Of a DNA stretch of 6,255 nucleotides, positions 4,660 to 6,255 are shown piece after piece. Positions within the stretch are counted from its first letter, which is position 1. Each line of letters opens with the position of its first letter. The notes beneath the pieces were generated by a model that saw only the letters and a program-made list of their open reading frames with translations, was not told the DNA's origin and ran no database searches. The position numbers were made by a program, and so were the translations under genes. Source of the stretch: Candidatus Iainarchaeum sp. (GTDB lineage Archaea; Iainarchaeota; Iainarchaeia; Iainarchaeales; VGJJ01); contig JAUYHT010000003.1 of the NCBI GenBank assembly GCA_030688545.1, forward strand, positions 1 through 6,255, given 5' to 3'.

Positions 4660-5763
4660 ATGGAATGGGAAGTGCATGGGACGGCCTTGCGTCAATTAGC
4701 ACAGTATTGGCATTCTATTTTAGAGGGGGGATATGTGCAGCAACTCCGGGGGGTGGGAACAGACACCTTTGTTCTGCGGATGCACACCAAAAATGGGAAT
4801 ATTGAATGGGCTATTCGACTGCCTGGGGTCATTACCCAAACCCTCCGGAAATGGACGCCCGAAGAAAAACAGCCAGGATTCGTGAATGCCACCAAGACAG
4901 GGTTGGCGAATGCCCGAATCATTGGAGTAAGGCAGCATGGGATGGACCGCGTGCTCGTCCTGGAATGCGAGGAAGGGTCATTAGTCATCGAATTGTTCGG
5001 AAAGGGAAATCTGGTGTGGGTAACATCCAATGGGACGATTGGCGCGGTGCTCCATGCCAAAGAATGGCGTACCCGCACGATGAAACGAAACCACCCTTAT
5101 GTGTTTCCCCCAGGCCCCCCCGATTGGGAAGCATTACCCGCAACGGGGGACAATACTCCTTTTGAGGGAACATGGGGCGCGTGGTGGGTGACACGAATGG
5201 GGGTTCCTCGAGAGTGGGTGGAATATGTGTGCGAGCGAGTACGCGTGGAAAAGGATGCCCCGTGGACAATGGATGCGGCGACATGGGATTTGGTTAGGCA
5301 TACTTTGAAAGAGTTGGTTGCATCACTCGTGCCCCAATTTGAAATAATTAAGAGTGAAAAGAAGAATGTCGTACTAGTTCTGCGTGTGGACGACACCGTA
5401 AAAGAAGGATTAGATCAAGAGGCGTTGTTTTCCCGACTGGATGCCATTTTGGTTGAAACCACTCCGGAGGCTGCCCCATTGTCAACGACAGATCAGGCAC
5501 GGAAGGCCTTGGAGGTGAACCACGCGCGGCAGGTGGCGATGATGAAGGCGTGGGAAACGGAAGCGGCATCTTTACAAGTCAGTGGGGAATGGGTCTACTC
5601 TCATTTCGAAATGGTGGAGGAATTGCTCGAGGCGGTGCGGCGGGGACGCGCGTTAAACGTGTCGGATGCGCACGCCCTCTTTGAATTGAAGAAGATCGTT
5701 GGGGAAGTGACTAAAGTGGATGTGGCGGCCGGAACGATCGAATTGGAAGTGGAAAAGGAGTAA
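4660..5763 (+). CDS. NFACT family protein (RqcH/Rqc2/NEMF-type ribosome quality control factor homologue), N-terminal half only: NFACT-N + HhH + first coiled-coil helix
   Basis: Strong by-eye match to NFACT-N: GGYVQQL, PGFVNATKTGLANARIIGVRQHGMDRVLVLE (conserved D-R at 4945..4950), LVIELFGKGNLVWVTS, RNHPYVFPP. This is followed by an HhH-like WWVTRMGVPREWVEYVCERV and a long helix ending ...GEWVYSHFEMVEELLEAV. The ORF track starts at GTG 4651. I prefer ATG 4660, which is 11 nt after GGAG (4645..4648), versus 2 nt for the GTG. Confidence 0.85.
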   Translation: MEWEVHGTALRQLAQYWHSILEGGYVQQLRGVGTDTFVLRMHTKNGNIEWAIRLPGVITQTLRKWTPEEKQPGFVNATKTGLANARIIGVRQHGMDRVLVLECEEGSLVIELFGKGNLVWVTSNGTIGAVLHAKEWRTRTMKRNHPYVFPPGPPDWEALPATGDNTPFEGTWGAWWVTRMGVPREWVEYVCERVRVEKDAPWTMDAATWDLVRHTLKELVASLVPQFEIIKSEKKNVVLVLRVDDTVKEGLDQEALFSRLDAILVETTPEAAPLSTTDQARKALEVNHARQVAMMKAWETEAASLQVSGEWVYSHFEMVEELLEAVRRGRALNVSDAHALFELKKIVGEVTKVDVAAGTIELEVEKE

Positions 5764-5794
5764 TGGGCCCTCAGGGGAGTGGGTCCCCATGGTG

Positions 5795-6061
5795 TTATTC
5801 GCCCATACTGGTTATTTCGCGCTCGTCCACGATGAATACATCGGAGACCGCCGTGACGGCCGCATACGGGACTTGAATAATCCGGTCCTGCAGGTTGGCT
5901 TTCTTGATGACCCTGGATTCGGCATCCACTTCGACGATTAAGGCCTCAATATTCCCCGTTCCTTCGTCCACGAGCAGATCGGAGAGACGCCCTACTTCAT
6001 CCCCTCGATTGGTAATAACGCGTTTGGTCGCCAATTGGCGGGCAATGGCATATTTGTACAT
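5795..6061 (-). CDS. Stand-alone PRC-barrel domain protein, 88 aa
   Basis: ARQLATKRVITNRGDEVGRLSDLLVDEGTGNIEALIVEVD...IIQVPYAAVTAVSDVFIVD fits the archaeal PRC-barrel pattern (l.gk.V....G..lG.v.Dl.vD...g.ie.Livev.....i.vPy..V..v.d.iiv). GGGGG (complement 6071..6075) lies 9 nt before the ATG. The gene is convergent with the NFACT gene. Confidence 0.85.
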   Translation of the reverse strand: MYKYAIARQLATKRVITNRGDEVGRLSDLLVDEGTGNIEALIVEVDAESRVIKKANLQDRIIQVPYAAVTAVSDVFIVDEREITSMGE

Positions 6062-6097
6062 ATTCTAAAACCCCCTTGTGCATCATGGACCACGCTG

Positions 6098-6112
6098 AGC
6101 TATAAAAGGCTT
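6098..6112 (-). promoter_or_regulatory. Candidate BRE/TATA element for the PRC-barrel gene
   Basis: The minus strand reads GGAAAAGCCTTTTATAGC, a purine-rich stretch followed by TTTTATAG. It is centred about 43 nt upstream of the ATG at 6061, which would give a short leader containing the SD-like GGGGG. Confidence 0.3.
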
Positions 6113-6143
6113 TTCCTTGACCCGTGGCCCGCAGCCCAATGGT

Positions 6144-6173
6144 CCTCCCCGGCGAAAATCTTCCGGGGGGAGG
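6144..6173. repeat. GC-rich inverted repeat (hairpin) in the right-hand intergenic region
   Basis: CCTCCCC (6144..6150) pairs with GGGGAGG (6167..6173). Alternatively CCCCGG (6147..6152) pairs perfectly with CCGGGG (6163..6168), with loop CGAAAATCTT. Function unknown: possibly a terminator if a minus-strand gene ends at 6191, otherwise a regulatory or structural element. Confidence 0.3.
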
Positions 6174-6233
6174 CGTTTATCATGTAGGGTTTAGAGCTTT
6201 TTGATGGGCTTCCGGGGTTTGGAGGGGGGATAC

Positions 6234-6255
6234 ATGTCCCGCAGGGCCTCGCGTT
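6234..6255 (+). CDS. Possible 5' end of a plus-strand gene (MSRRASR...) running off the right edge
   Basis: ATG at 6234 is preceded by GGAGG (6221..6225) with an 8-nt spacer, the spacing seen before other genes here. An A/T-rich stretch GTTTATCATGTAGGGTTTAGAGCTTTTTGAT (6174..6204) upstream could hold a TATA box. Only 7 codons are visible. A minus-strand reading ending at 6191 is an equally open alternative. Confidence 0.25.

Noticed and set aside
5774-5788. Short hairpin GGGGA-GTGGG-TCCCC between the convergent NFACT and PRC-barrel genes, as a bidirectional terminator
   Set aside because: It has only a 5-bp stem and no adjacent T-tract on either strand. Archaeal termination is mainly oligo-T driven. 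This is too weak to call.
6191-6255. Minus-strand partial CDS ending ...REALRDMYPPSKPRKPIKKL* at 6191
   Set aside because: This is unresolved rather than refuted. Only about 20 codons are visible, and another minus-strand frame stays open across this stretch. The competing plus-strand ATG at 6234 has a well-spaced GGAGG. Neither reading deserves more than low confidence.
1-6255. Scan for tRNA/rRNA genes, CRISPR repeats, transposase or integrase genes, and terminal inverted repeats
   Set aside because: There are no regularly spaced direct repeats, no tRNA-like cloverleaf candidates in the three intergenic regions, and no ORF with DDE, tyrosine- or serine-recombinase-like motifs recognisable by eye.

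Overview
The window looks archaeal. Evidence: prepilin-like class III signal peptides with Gln at +1, a small stand-alone PRC-barrel protein, A/T boxes resembling TATA elements, and GGAGG/GGTGA-type Shine-Dalgarno motifs before nearly every start. The lineage cannot be determined from the sequence alone. The left 3.9 kb is one tightly packed, translationally coupled minus-strand operon of five genes (3903 down to 1). Four encode proteins with archaeal type IV pilin-like N-termini: a small one (143 aa), a giant one (532 aa, beta-rich, sequon-rich C-terminal domains), a 171-aa one, and a fifth that runs off the left edge and is missing from the ORF track. The third gene is not a pilin. It is a membrane-anchored protein with a PLD/Nuc-like domain whose HKD motif is degenerate (A-x-N-x4-D), an acidic Cys-rich linker and a C-terminal lamin-tail domain (LTD). 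This pilin plus pseudo-nuclease/LTD cluster is the best candidate for an undescribed surface system, such as a DNA-capturing or attachment filament. No assembly ATPase, platform protein or prepilin peptidase lies in the window. Divergently transcribed from a short A/T-box region is a plus-strand pair. The first is a transglutaminase-fold protein whose catalytic Cys position is Asp. The second is an NFACT (RqcH/Rqc2-type) protein that ends inside its coiled coil and lacks NFACT-R. A convergent PRC-barrel gene and an ambiguous right edge complete the window. I saw no rRNA, tRNA, CRISPR or transposase signatures.
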